Origin: Convolutriloba macropyga
Taxonomy: Eukaryota
Assembly (NCBI RefSeq): GCF_964194025.1
Contig: NC_134478.1
Location: 6,076,001-6,140,000, forward strand
Length of the DNA: 64,000 nucleotides
Direction of reading: 5' to 3'
Position numbers and translations under genes: made by a program. Positions 1 through 11,853 of this stretch are shown here, in pieces. A model generated the notes under the pieces. It ran no database searches, was not told the DNA's origin, and saw only the letters and a list, made by a program, of their open reading frames with translations. The stretch's first letter is position 1, and every line of letters begins with the position of its first letter.

Positions 1-1104
1 CTTCTTCTCCATAGCAGGAGCAAAATTGCAAGACTGTTGATTGAAAAGGCGCACCATGACTGTGGCCATCAGGGTGTGGAACATGTGAAGGCTCACCTGC
101 AACAGACTTTCTTGATGATTGGATTGAGAAAAGTGCTGCGAAGTCTGGGGAAATACTGTTTCATTTGCAGACGATGGAGGGCAGACAATGTGAGACAGAA
201 GATGGCCGATCTTTCTGAATTCAGATTTCCAGTTGCAAACAAGCAGTACCCTTTCGTCAAAAAAGGAATGGACATGTTTGGACCTTTCTACATTGAGGAC
301 AAGAGAGAGGGCACCCAGATGCACTACGTCTGCTTGTTCACATGCCTGGTCACCAGAGCTGTCCACCTAGAAGTATGCCATGACCTCTCAACTGATTGTC
401 TTCTCATGACAATCCGCAGATTTGTCTCACGACGTGGATACCCTGACCTCATTGTGAGTGACAATGGCAAAAACTTCATTGGAGCCAACCAAGCAATGAA
501 GTTAAAGTTCCAGAGAAGCTACAAGCCAGACAATGAGTACATCAGACTGCAATTGGCTCAACAGAACATTCAGTGGACTTTCAACCCTCCATTGGCACCA
601 CACTTCGGAGGAGTCTGGGAAAGGCTGATACAGACCGCGAAGAGGAGTCTACTAATAGTGCTGGGCAGTCGGAAACTAACACTCTCAGTTTTCCAGACAG
701 TTGTGGCAGAGGCCGAGGCAATTTTGAACTCCAGGCCATTAACTCATGTGGGCTGCACCATCTCAGATGAGGGACCACTTACTCCGAATCACTTCCTCCT
801 TCGCCGACCTCACATGTGTTTGAAACCTCTTGTGAACAGCAACCAGCGGTTCTCCACTAAGGTCTTCAAGTTGACGCAGACACTACTTGATCACTACTGG
901 AGCAAGTTGCTGAAGGAATATGTTCCTGAGCTCAACAAGAGAACGAAGTGGCAAAGATCACATGATGAGCTGGATGAAGGTGACATTGTGTGGGTGCTCA
1001 AGGAGTTCACACCCAGAGGCATCTGGCCTCTTGGGAAGATTGTGAAAGCACACAGAGGTTCAGACGGGATAGCCAGGAGTTTCGACATCCAGACGGCTAC
1101 ATGA
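1..1104 (+). CDS. Bel/Pao LTR retrotransposon pol C-terminus (integrase), 5'-partial, with premature stop
   Basis: The frame is open from base 1. It has the H2C2 zinc finger (AHHDCGH...CFICRR), the DDE core (GMDMFGPF, IVSDNGKNF, GGVWERLI, LNSRPL) and the Pao-type C-terminus (LTPNHFL, W..EY..EL..R.KW, RGIWPLGKI, DGIARS). The frame continues past the TGA as MVQRPAVTLSRVF, so the stop is probably a GGA>TGA decay mutation. Confidence 0.95.
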   Translation, partial: LLLHSRSKIARLLIEKAHHDCGHQGVEHVKAHLQQTFLMIGLRKVLRSLGKYCFICRRWRADNVRQKMADLSEFRFPVANKQYPFVKKGMDMFGPFYIEDKREGTQMHYVCLFTCLVTRAVHLEVCHDLSTDCLLMTIRRFVSRRGYPDLIVSDNGKNFIGANQAMKLKFQRSYKPDNEYIRLQLAQQNIQWTFNPPLAPHFGGVWERLIQTAKRSLLIVLGSRKLTLSVFQTVVAEAEAILNSRPLTHVGCTISDEGPLTPNHFLLRRPHMCLKPLVNSNQRFSTKVFKLTQTLLDHYWSKLLKEYVPELNKRTKWQRSHDELDEGDIVWVLKEFTPRGIWPLGKIVKAHRGSDGIARSFDIQTAT

Positions 1105-1159
1105 ATGGTACAAAGACCAGCAGTAACCCTAAGCCGTGTGTTCCCACAATCGTCAGGTG

Positions 1160-1499
1160 CGCCGGAGGGTCACTGAAACAAGTTCATCGAAACACACACA
1201 CACACACACACACAAAACTCAATGTCGGAATGAAAACTTTTTGTTTTATTGTGTTTACATTTTCATATCAAATGCTTGCTTTTGTTGCCGGGAGTGTAAA
1301 GGAACCAAGTTCCCTTTTTATTTTATCTCCCCCCACACCCTCATTTTCCTCTCCCCACCTACACTTTCGTCCTCCAAAACTCTTTCATTTCATGATTTTC
1401 ATTCCCCCAACCTATTTTCGTTGAAGCTTTTTATATGTTGATTTTATTGAAGAAGTCAGAAGTGGTTGACGTTCACTTTCAATATTATTTATAGTAACG
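1160..1499 (+). mobile_element. Putative polypurine tract and 3' LTR of the Bel/Pao element, containing a (CA)n tract
   Basis: A purine-rich gccggaggg lies just after the integrase end, followed by ~330 bp of non-coding sequence ending ...tatagtaacg. The 5' LTR is outside the window, so the boundaries cannot be verified. Confidence 0.45.
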
Positions 1500-3970
1500 G
1501 ATTTCCCGTTTTTGACCATAACTGGTGTGCCAATGGCGCGAATTATGATGTATTTATAGAGCTTGATTTGCTACCATAGTTGCGACTTTCAGAAATACAA
1601 ATATTAATGAAAAGTTGTCTTGGTATGCAAGACTTAGGCCGAAGAGCATAAACAGGGATATTTATATCTGTTGCTTTAGTTCTTGAACTCGACAGGAGAT
1701 CGAATTTTTTGAAGCTTGCTTTTCTTACTCCCTGATGTGGGGGGGGGGTTGTTGAGGTGACTTATAGAGTGGTTGATAAATTAACTTTCGGAAAGGCTTC
1801 AGATGATAAAAATAGGGCTTAATAAAACATATTTCCTTTAATTTTAACGTTTTTTTTAAATAAAAAGTTATAAATTGAAGAAAGAATAAAAACCGTTTAA
1901 GTAAACTTAAAAAAATTTGTGCGCAATTTACAGGCGTTTTTTAGTTGCACACTGCCTTCATGAGTTTCGAGCTGCTTGAAAGTGAGAATGAGAGAGAAAA
2001 TTAAATATTAAATGGAAACTGAAAAATTCAAAAATGTAATTGTCAGTCACTCAAACGGTCAAACGCAATCTAGCATAAATTTTGAGAAGAAAAATATATT
2101 TGCATTTCGATTGCATTGCCTGTTTTAAACGTCACTCGAGAGTAATTTGATCTACTTAGAAAAATGCGGTTACCACATAAATTACTGTTACCAAAAAACC
2201 TACTTTCTGCCTTGGGAGAAAAGAGTTCAACGCCGACCATTGATTTTCGAGATTGTTGGGAATTGGTTATATAACAACCCAATATTCAGGTGTGTCATAT
2301 CGTTGCTCAGTTTGTTCTTTTTACTTTTTATGCTTCCTTGATTGGTTGTTAAAAGTTTGTGTGTCGTTCTTATTAGATCAATTCCTTCAGTCAAGTCAAA
2401 AAGTGAAATCGTTTTGCTTACACATTTTGGAAATCTTTCGAGGCGGAAAAAACTCTCAAACATATTAATACGTAAAATTTGTGACATTGTTTTTATTTCT
2501 GAGTTTAGTTTTAGACCGGCGCTTCAATAAGTGATATCTCGATTCTTTTAAACTTAAACAAAGCAATGTATGTGAACAAAGTATTCTTTTTGCTAAAACT
2601 CAACTTAGAGATTTTTCTCGTAACCCTATTTATTAAAAACAGGTCAAGCTCACGCTGAAAATATCATTTTTGTTTTTAAATAAGAGTAATGTGCAGGGTT
2701 GCTAGATTGGTGAAAGGAGTTTCTAAAGCTCATTCACTACAAAAAACACGACTAGTTTTCAAAATCAAAAAGGTCTCGTAGTGATGTCTTTGGATTAATC
2801 ACAATTTGTTTTGTAACATATCGTTTTATTCTGGAGAATAAAATAATATAGTAATAAAATTGCAGCGCAACATGTATTGCTTTCGCCTAATTTTCAAACG
2901 AAAATTCGAGCAAATTTTGTGTTCCTTGGTGGAGTCAATCAATAAAAATTAAATTAGGTACACCTAGTAATAGTTGATTCGGAACCAAACGTGAAAGGAA
3001 CGCCGCGTAAATAATAGCAAGAGGTTGGGTTGCTAGAGTTAATTGTAGTGGATTCTTGGGAAAAACTGTTAAAAAGGGGGAAAGCTGAAATGGAAAAATT
3101 ACGAATATTTTATATCTTTTCTGTTACTGCCGCCACCGAGCTTAGTGGGTGCATGTTATTTGCACCCCCAAGACGCACGTGTCTTTTTTTACACAATGAT
3201 TTACTATGTAATGACTCGTGCTCGGTAACTGGGGGGGGGGGGGCACACGGAAAAGACCTGACATTTCTTTACCAACTTTTCCATGAAATTACCTCCAATT
3301 TAGTCCGCCTTGCTCACGAAATGAATTCGATGCCGAAAAAAACGCCAAAAACCACAATCACACTTTGTCACTTTCTACTATAAAGGGGGAAAACAAATAA
3401 CAATATCATCTTGGGAAAACATAATTTTTAGCATGTATTTGTTTGGCTATCAATGCTAATAATTGCCTTAAAAGACATTTGCGAAACAAAGCGCGATGCG
3501 TCTGAACAGAAATTTCAATTATTTTTTAGTTTCATTTTTTGTTGCCTTATCCCTGACATGTTTGCTACAGCGCCCGGTTACTTAGATACAAATGAGTAAA
3601 CAATCATTCAACATTCTTAAAAGCCATCATATCAGTTGGTGCTAATCTGCAACTTGTTTCAATTCTCCGTTATAAGTAATACGAGGGACTTTGATGCAAC
3701 TTTTTTATTTATCAAATGCTCTCGTTGTTTATAGTTCTGGCCAACATGTTGTTAACATCGTGATAAAACAGTGGCAAATTCGAATGAACGTGCTCGTGAA
3801 AAACGTAAATTTTAGTGATATGGTTACTCTTGTATCTTTAACAACCCAACTGTTGTATTAGCTAACCCCATCTACTCTTAAATAATTAGAGTTTAGAGGA
3901 CTCTAACCTACTATCTCCAGAACCTCGGCTACACCGTTTCACTAAAGCTCTGGAGAAGTATCAACTTTAG

Positions 3971-4664
3971 TACCCAGTATGAAGTCCGCGACCCAAGACA
4001 GGCATTGGCCAGACCGATCATAACCAAAGATAGATATTGGCCAGACCGAACAGACTTTGGCCACCCTTTGTCAGACCAAACAGACTTTGATCACCATTGG
4101 CCAGACCGAACAGACTTTCTCCAGTCCATTGGCCAGACTGAACAGAACCACGGCCAGACCGTTGTCCAGAGCGTCGGTCAGACCCTTGTCCATACCATAG
4201 TCCAGACCGAACAGAGTTTTGGTCAGACCGTTGTCCAGACCATCGGCCAGACATTTTTGACAATTTAACTACATATTGGCGAGTGTCGTTTTTTGTCAAA
4301 CCACATCAAAATTGTCTGTTAATAATTGTTTGAAAAAGTCGAGTTAGAAAGTGTATGATAGCCCATGTTGGGAAAAATTGACAATAACGATGTAAGAAGC
4401 GTCGGTTTTTATCGGTTTTTGTCGGTTTTATCGGTTTTGCTTGTAAGAAGCGTCAGTTTTTGACGGTTTTTTCGGTTTTTGACGATTTTGCCGAAATCGT
4501 CCGTATAGTTGTAAGGAGCGCCGGCTAAATCCTGCAGCAGAAATAAATGTGATCTTCACAACCCGTAAACAGACCGGAAAATGGGTATTGGCCAGACCCG
4601 TGTTGAGAAAGACCGACGAAAACGATGTAAGAAGCTATAGCTTGATATACCATAATCTGGGTTA
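3971..4664. repeat. MITE-like element with internal tandem arrays (GGCCAGACCGAACAGA units at 4005-4250; GTAAGAAGCGTCGGTTTT units at 4390-4520)
   Basis: The tandem units are directly visible, and short inverted ends tacccag...ctgggtta flank them. Confidence 0.55.
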
Positions 4665-6019
4665 TTACATAAGGCCTGTCTTAACCAATAAATCTTTTCT
4701 TAAATTCTGCTCATATATAAATTGATAAATAAGGGGAGAAGGAAGTGAAACGGCTCCTAGTGATTTGCTTCCTGGATCCAAAACTTGTTCCACTGGCTCC
4801 GTCTTCAGCTTGTCCCCAACTGCTCCGGTGGCCGACAAGGGTCGCTTCCCGTCCACATTTTTGCTATCCCTGCGTGCCAACATTATGGAGCAGTTTTTTG
4901 TAAGTTATTTTTAATCAATAATCTTGAGCAATTATTATAAAACTCAGCTAAAAGAATTTATTACTGATATCGGAATAAACTGACGTAAGCTAAATATATG
5001 TATATTGATAATGGCTATGATATTGACTATGTCTAATGATTTGAAGAACACTGATTTTTACCTAAACATTACGAAACGTCAAAAGTCACAAAAGTGAACA
5101 GTTTCGTTAAAAAGTGATACTAAAGTTCACAGCCATTTTGGTAACCTGTTTATTAGAACATTTTAATAATTTTCCTTGTTGTTAAAACCGATTTCCATCA
5201 TAAAGCAAAAAATCGCAAATTCAAAGAAATGCACGATACCTAGTATCAACTATTATATGATTTTATTACAATTAAAACGGCGAAAAATATATGGATGAAT
5301 GATTCATATCTTTTTTTTTGCTCTGAATGCTAACCGAATTATGTATGAAGCCATCCTATTTTTGTGGCATGCTACTATTTACCGTCAACTTTATCGTTTG
5401 CAAGGTACTCTACATTGTCAACTTAAATCATTATTAAAATGCAATCCATGACCTGACTTATTTCTGGGAAGAAATCATCTATTTTTGGTTATAATGGGAG
5501 TGAAAAGTGCATATGGACTCAAAGTATGTATAATAAACAATAATGAATAAACCTTCATTATTTTTTCTATATTCTGTCTTCAAAATTAATCAATTCTCTA
5601 TACGTATAATTTCACGGATAACCTTGCAAAATAGAGCAACAACTTTTCTGTTTATCAAAATCAATTCATAACTTTGAAAAATCGCTCTAGCTCTGAATGA
5701 AAAACGCCAAATGTCATTTTAAAGCCCCATATAGATTAAAATATCATTTTTAAGCGCTTGATTTTCGTCCAGCTGGCCTCCTTTATTTTTTATTTTGCCA
5801 GTTTGAATAATATTTGCACTTCAGAGTTGGAAAAAATGCAATATGGCTTAGCTAAAATTTTCAAAAAATTGTCTCATTTAGTCACTGTTAAAAATTGGGT
5901 AGTCTTTTCATTTTTAATTAATTTTTTCCGTGCTTAACATCCCATATCTCTTCCTCTCTGCGGTTTATCTCTCAGTTTAGAGAAACCAGCCCCTTTATGA
6001 GCCTCTTAAGTATCTTTTA

Positions 6020-8945
6020 GTTCCGACCCCTCTTGAGGGGGGAGGAACTATATATTCAAATGTTTTTTTTTTGTTCAGTCAATTTCGGCCGATCGATATA
6101 TTCATTGTAGAGAGTTGAGACTGGTATCATTAGAAAGCTTGTCCAGCGTAGAATATGGAATTAAAATGATATATTTTTTTGATTTTCGTTTTTTACAGGG
6201 AGATATCGAGGTTTAAACTTTCGAAAAAATAGAGTGAATTCCGTTGATTTCATTCACCTTTTTTCGGAATTTTTGACTAAAATTTTGACAACTTTGATAA
6301 ATTTCAATAGAATTTTTTAAGAAAACATTGTTAATTTTACGTTTTAAGACAAAATATATTGTCGGTTACTTTTATTGAATTTTTTTTTGTCACAAATTCT
6401 GGTCAAATATTTCACAAAATTAAGACCTTTTCATCAAAAACAGCACGAAATAAGTCCACTCTGATTAAATTTGCAGGAAGTGCACACCGAAACACCAATA
6501 ACACAACCGTTGTAGACTAAAAAGGGGGCTAATTCTACTTCAACTTCCGTTGAGAGTGCTCGCTCTGTAATTAAAACTTTGCCGTTTTTTGCTAACTGTA
6601 TTCGTTGATTATCAAGAACGCAGCATTTATTTTTGTTTTTCTTAACTAACAAAATATCTATATCAATGACACTCGAAAAATTAAATACTCCTAATGGACA
6701 ATCAGCATAACAGGACTAGTTTTGTGCCAATCTTGGACTGTTACAATCCAAAAATAATTCGGATTGTCATCAGTCGGTTTTTTAAATAAAAAATTCGATC
6801 TTTTTTATATTAATTAAATAACAGAACATTTTAAACCGAAGCTCACTAATGATAGGTCCTATCAACCTCTTAATTAGCTCCAAACTAATGTTTCTAGTTG
6901 ATTGCTTGAAAGCTTATGGTCGTTTGGATTTTTAAAGTATTTGATTTTTAAATAAAAAATGACTTATTGAACTTTGCCTCCATTTTTCTCCTAATTTGGT
7001 CATTTTGTAGCTTAGTGTCAGCAACCAAAAAGTGCTCCTTCTTTCTGCTAAATTAAAAATTAGTCTTTATTGTGGTTTAACGCCTTAAGTTATGGTGTTC
7101 CGGCTTTGATACTACTAGACTTCACAATTTCTTTTTTAGTTTTTATGTATTTGCCCAATTTTCATGTTTTCTAGTTTTGTCAAATTATCACGTTATTGGT
7201 TGTTTATATATCACATCCTCATGGTTAAATTAAAAAAACGCACAATTTTCAAAATTTAAATCCTTAAAAATATAGGCTGTGGTTCTTTACCGCTTCGACA
7301 ATACTTTCTCGAAGAACTTAATTGAAATTTTTAATTTCGTCTTTATTTGTCATTTTTACTTTGTCTTTTTAGTCCTATTTAATTTCCTGTACAATGACCC
7401 AGTTTAGTTGGCTTTTCATGGATGAGTATAAGATCCGATGTTCTGATATTTGAAGATAGATGATGGCTTTCAAGATTTTGAAAACAATTGTTTTCCAAAA
7501 TGAAAAAAAAAACACTTCAACTTCGCAATTTTGTTCCTTTTATTGTCTGTTTGTTACATGGTCTCGTTTATTAAAGCTTAAAGATGACACTTTTTTTGTC
7601 AAAGGAAGGCGTCAAAAGGGATTGAAGTAACAAAATCTATAGTTTTAAGAGAATTCGTTATGACTTTACTGGCTTCGACGCGGGTTTTTCACAAAAAAAA
7701 AGTAAATTAATTTTTGATTTTTGTCATATTTGACGTTCTTTTTATAGACATAAGATATATTCCGGATAATTGCAGGTCTCACGTGCTTCCTTTGAAAAAA
7801 TTAATGAATCTCTTCTATTTCTTCATTTTGTAATTAATGGCTTTCATGTCTTTGGAGATAAATTTTCGATGAAAACAAGTATTACATAATCTTGCTTTTT
7901 TTTCTTTTTTGTCTAATTGTTACCTTGTTTCATAAATGAGAGGTCACATAATACATTTCAAGGGAAGGTGTCAAAAGGGATTGGTGTCACAAAATCTAAT
8001 GTTTTTAGAGAATTCGCTATGACTTTACTGGCTTCCACACGGGTTTTTCACAAAAAAAAGTAAATAATTTCTTGATTTTTGTCATATTTGACGTTCTTTT
8101 GGTAGACGTAAGACGTATTCTGGATGATTGCAGGTCTCAAGGGCTTCTTTTGGAAGAATGGAGGAACCTTTTCAAATGTTTCATTTTGCAATTAAGGGCT
8201 TACATGTCTTTGAAAACTAATTTTTTTCGAAAAAAAATTAAATATTACAATTTTGCATTTTTTCTTATTGACTCCTTGTTACTTAGTTTCATTAATCAGC
8301 GGTCACATAATACATTATCGGTGTTCGACGAAAGTGCAATCGAACATATCTTGGGGGCCAAAGTATGGATTTACGGCTTCCAAAGCATTTTTTGGCAAGT
8401 TTTAATTGATTTTTTGTTTGTTGTCTATTTGTTGTTCTTTTTGTAACTGCATAAAAAAGTGAATACCGAGAGTCCTTAATTCCCTTCTGTAGAAGCATTG
8501 TAACTGTAAACCTATGGGAACAGAAACCTTTAAAGTTTCTGTTCTTTTTTGTCTAATTGTTACCAAGCCTTATTATGAACTGGTGAAAAACCATTTTTTT
8601 CTGGTGAAATACAAGTTATTTTGTTTATTTTCAGTTTTATCTGACGCTATTTTGACTTTGTTATTAAGTTTTGTTTTTTAAAACGGACATAAATTTTTTG
8701 ATGTAATTAATGTTTGTTGTTTGATTTTGCCCTTCGTCTTCGCTCGCTTTCTTAATATTGGCATATCCCATCAATCTAAAGCATAATTTTTTTTACTCCA
8801 CTGAGTTATTTGCTTTGGAAGCTATCTTTTCGTTCATCCACCAGTTTTTCTATCGGTTCCTCATTTGGTAGATAATTATTCCAAAATTGTGGATGAGCGG
8901 GGTCGGAACTTTATGTGCGATTGCACATTACCGAGCCTCCTTGTT
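6020..8945 (+). mobile_element. Helentron/Helitron2-like non-autonomous element, copy 1
   Basis: It starts with GTTCCGACCCC plus a hairpin (CCCCTC-tt-GAGGGG). The 3' sub-terminal inverted repeat GGGGTCGGAAC is at 8899-8909, followed by hairpin ATGTGC-gatt-GCACAT and ...CCTTGTTT. Flanks are T-rich with no clear TSD. It is homologous to four other copies in the window. Confidence 0.8.
6434..8775 (-). pseudogene. Decayed cargo ORF of element copy 1: ~120-aa tandem-repeat protein with Cys-rich C-terminus
   Basis: Internal repeats have a ~360-bp period (7603 vs 7962) with many synonymous differences in one minus-strand frame. ORF pieces are 8292-8498 and 6434-6652, with many stops and frameshifts. 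Confidence 0.65.
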
Positions 8946-10599
8946 TTTCATATTTTGCTAAATACCAAAGCAATAGGAGGTTCAAATTATGTTTGATTGA
9001 TTGATTGTAAATATAATTTTTCATTTTTGAGTTAATAAAATTCCGAATCTAAGATAAAACTTTCATTTCTCTATTTCACTTATGCTTAATCGGTTACTCG
9101 CTTTGTTGAACTCGGCTTCAAAATGATTTAGTTGGAACATAAGTTAGAATCGTTAGTCTGGAACAAAAGATATATATGCTTAAGTTTAAGATTTTCATGT
9201 TTGTTCCACAATAAAAAATTCCCAGTAATTGTCCACTTTTTCACTAAGACATTGTAAATGTGTTATTTTGTAAAAGTTAATATGGTACACTAATTTTGTT
9301 CACAAAAATTGTTCAACAATCGCTGTAGGTTTTATTCAATTTATTTACCCAAAACAAACTTGTTGCGCTAACATTTTGGCAATTTTCAAAATTGAATACT
9401 TTTCAGTTCATCAATTTTGAACTGATTTAATTGAAAACAACTAAATGGCCAAAAATGTCTGACTCCGCTTCTGCAAATTTGACTCATGGCACCTACCGCT
9501 TTTTATTCCAATTGATTATCTCTTTCAGCATACCTAGTACGATAACGAGCCTAATGAAAACGATGTGCAAAAGTTTCAACTCGCTACATTCTAATTAGTT
9601 TTATAGGAAATTTGATTCGCTGGATTTCTTCACAAAAAATATGTTTTCCCAAGAATGATTACTTCGAAAACAAGTAAACAAAATTTCAGGAGCTAAGTAA
9701 TTTAAAACTGCGAGCTGAGTGATTTCATTTTGATAGAAAGCATTCATGATATTAAATGCAATCTTGGGGCATCGAAAAGTCAAAAATTAGAAGACTAGGT
9801 TTTTCTGCCTAACCGTTGTTTTTTTTGGTAAAGAATGCCTGAAACTTGGTTTGATTCTTGACGTCTCACCGTCAGGGGACTGACAAACTAAAACGTTCAA
9901 ATTTCTCATTTAAGAGTTATTTAAACTTTAAAAAGCACTTTCAACTCTATTTATTAGGAACAAAAATTCATAATTCTTTGTTTCAGCCATTGAGAACGAC
10001 TCAGCGTGTTGCCTGAGTGGTACACTTTTCCAATGTAATTGTCCTTCGAAGCAGCATACCAAACAAAAAAAAACCGACGAAATAGCTTTTAATCTGAATC
10101 AGCACTATCATTTTATCAATTTTGTGTAATAAAACAGCTAAAATTGATGAATATTTTCCCAAAAAATGAAATGCAATTATTACCTGTTTTCCATTGACCT
10201 TGACGTATCATTTCATTTGGCCGTGACTAAAATAAATGCCAAACCAAAACTCATACAATTAGGTTCTGTTACTGAAAAAAAACTATATGTACTCTGTTGC
10301 ACCTCGCAATTGCGTAAAAATTTTGACATTCAGTTGTTCATTGGAAAATTTTAAGTTATGTAACGTTTTGTTGTAGAATTTATTATAACTATAGCTGAAA
10401 AAACATCAAAATTTCGTGCCGATGCTTCTTTCAAATGTCTCTGCAGAAAGTTATAAGTTATCGGCGAGTCACATTTGATGCTAAAAGTTCAGATAAAAGT
10501 TTCAACCACGGTTATAACACTGAATTCTTCTAGCGGGCAAATTTTTCGTTTGAACTTTGGAGTTTTTTTAAAGTTTGTTATGATGTTAATTACTCACTT

Positions 10600-10985
10600 T
10601 CTTTAAATGTAATTACTCACTTTCTTTTCTAAGTGGTAATGTCTTAATAAGAAAAAACAACAGAACTGAACAGCTAATTCTCTTAAGGTCGAGCAGTCGA
10701 TCAATACAAAAAAGAAGCATCCAAAAATGGAATAAACTTCCGCGTGAAGTCCGGATTATCAGATCACGCTCAAAGTTTAAACGCATGTTAAAACAGCATC
10801 TGCTCCAACAATTCAAACTTGTGCCGTTGGAAAGCAATGTTGGTGGCTTCAAAAGTTATTTTTACCTTTAGAAAACGGAACCACTAATTTTGATTTTTAA
10901 CATTGTAATAATTTTGTTTATATAATTTTAAACTTGTAATATTTAACCCCTGGGTTATATATTCAATTTACTTGTTTAAAAAAAA
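10600..10985 (+). mobile_element. LINE (CR1/L2-like) 3' stub
   Basis: The plus strand translates to ...WNKLPREVRIIRSRSKFKRMLKQHLLQQFKLVPLESNVGGFKSYFYL*, a typical RT-ORF2 C-terminus, followed by an A-tail. It is similar to the stub at 36940-37180. Confidence 0.7.
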
Positions 10986-11074
10986 TTAAATGGCCAATTG
11001 ATATCAATGGTATTCACAAAAGACTCTTGCATACGGCTTGCTGTGTTTTCATTATTACACTTTGACTAGACTTC

Positions 11075-11853
11075 TCTCACCATTCCGACCCAACTTAAAA
11101 AGAAAAGCAATTAATATTCAAATAGACAACAAAATTTATAATAGTAAGATTTTGCAAGATTGTTGCAAAAAGAAGTTAATCTCAGATTCTACTCACTGCG
11201 TTTTTCTTGCAAATAGTTCAAGTTTGTGCGTCAAATTTGCAACTTTCCAATAGCGAGAAAAAGACATGTGAGTTCGACGAAAAGACTACACAAACAAAGA
11301 AAGGAAACAAAGAAAAAACAAAAAAAGTTTGAAGAGGCGATAAAAATATGCTGCACCGCGCGAAACCATCTTTTGTTTTCTTTTTGTGATAGATTGATAA
11401 TACGAAGTCTATGGTTTATTAGTATGCTCTTTTATTTTACTTCAAATTAAGTTCTTTTTGTTGCTGCAATTTTTTTTTCCGAGTAATATTGAATAGAATG
11501 CTAGAGAGTTCTTTTTTGATCGATATTTGCGTTCCTACAAAGTATGATAGGTCAGTTTCGATTATTGGGCGCTTCTTACCTAGTTCTAGTGATTCTTTTA
11601 AAAAAGATGTCGTTACAAGATCTTGCTCGAAAAAATAGTCTCTTAAGAATATTGTTATAAAAAATATGGAAGAACTTTGCAAGAAAAAGTTAATCGTGTA
11701 AAAATACTATTGAAATCGTGTAAGAAAAAGTTAATCATTTAAGATCTCATATAAATCTTGTAAGAATCCTGTGAAATTTAAAAATATCTTGTCAGAACTT
11801 TTCAAGATTCCTGCAAGATCTTACAAGATTACCACTTTGTTTCAAATCGGGTA
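11075..11853. repeat. Degenerate MITE-like repeat with CAAGA/TCTTG (gcaagattcttgc) arrays
   Basis: Dense caagatcttg/gtaagaatc motifs end in tttcaaatcgggta. The same motif family occurs at 46541-47417 and 34820-34874. Confidence 0.4.

Noticed and set aside
1096-1175. Programmed stop-codon readthrough at the integrase end
   Set aside because: A single GGA>TGA mutation in a decaying copy explains it more simply.
4005-4299. CRISPR-like array or repetitive ORFs (87 and 93 aa)
   Set aside because: These are degenerate tandem units without unique spacers, in a eukaryotic context with no cas genes. The ORFs are by-products of the repeat.
4665-4883. GC-richer 72-aa minus-strand ORF
   Set aside because: Isolated, with no motif and no supporting splice structure.
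6020-8945. Fanzor/TnpB cargo in a Helitron2 element
   Set aside because: No RuvC-I/II/III motifs (D-PG, E, RDxNA) or paired CxxC zinc ribbon in the expected order could be read in any copy, and the protein is made of tandem repeats. The ORF is decayed, so a profile search is still worth running.
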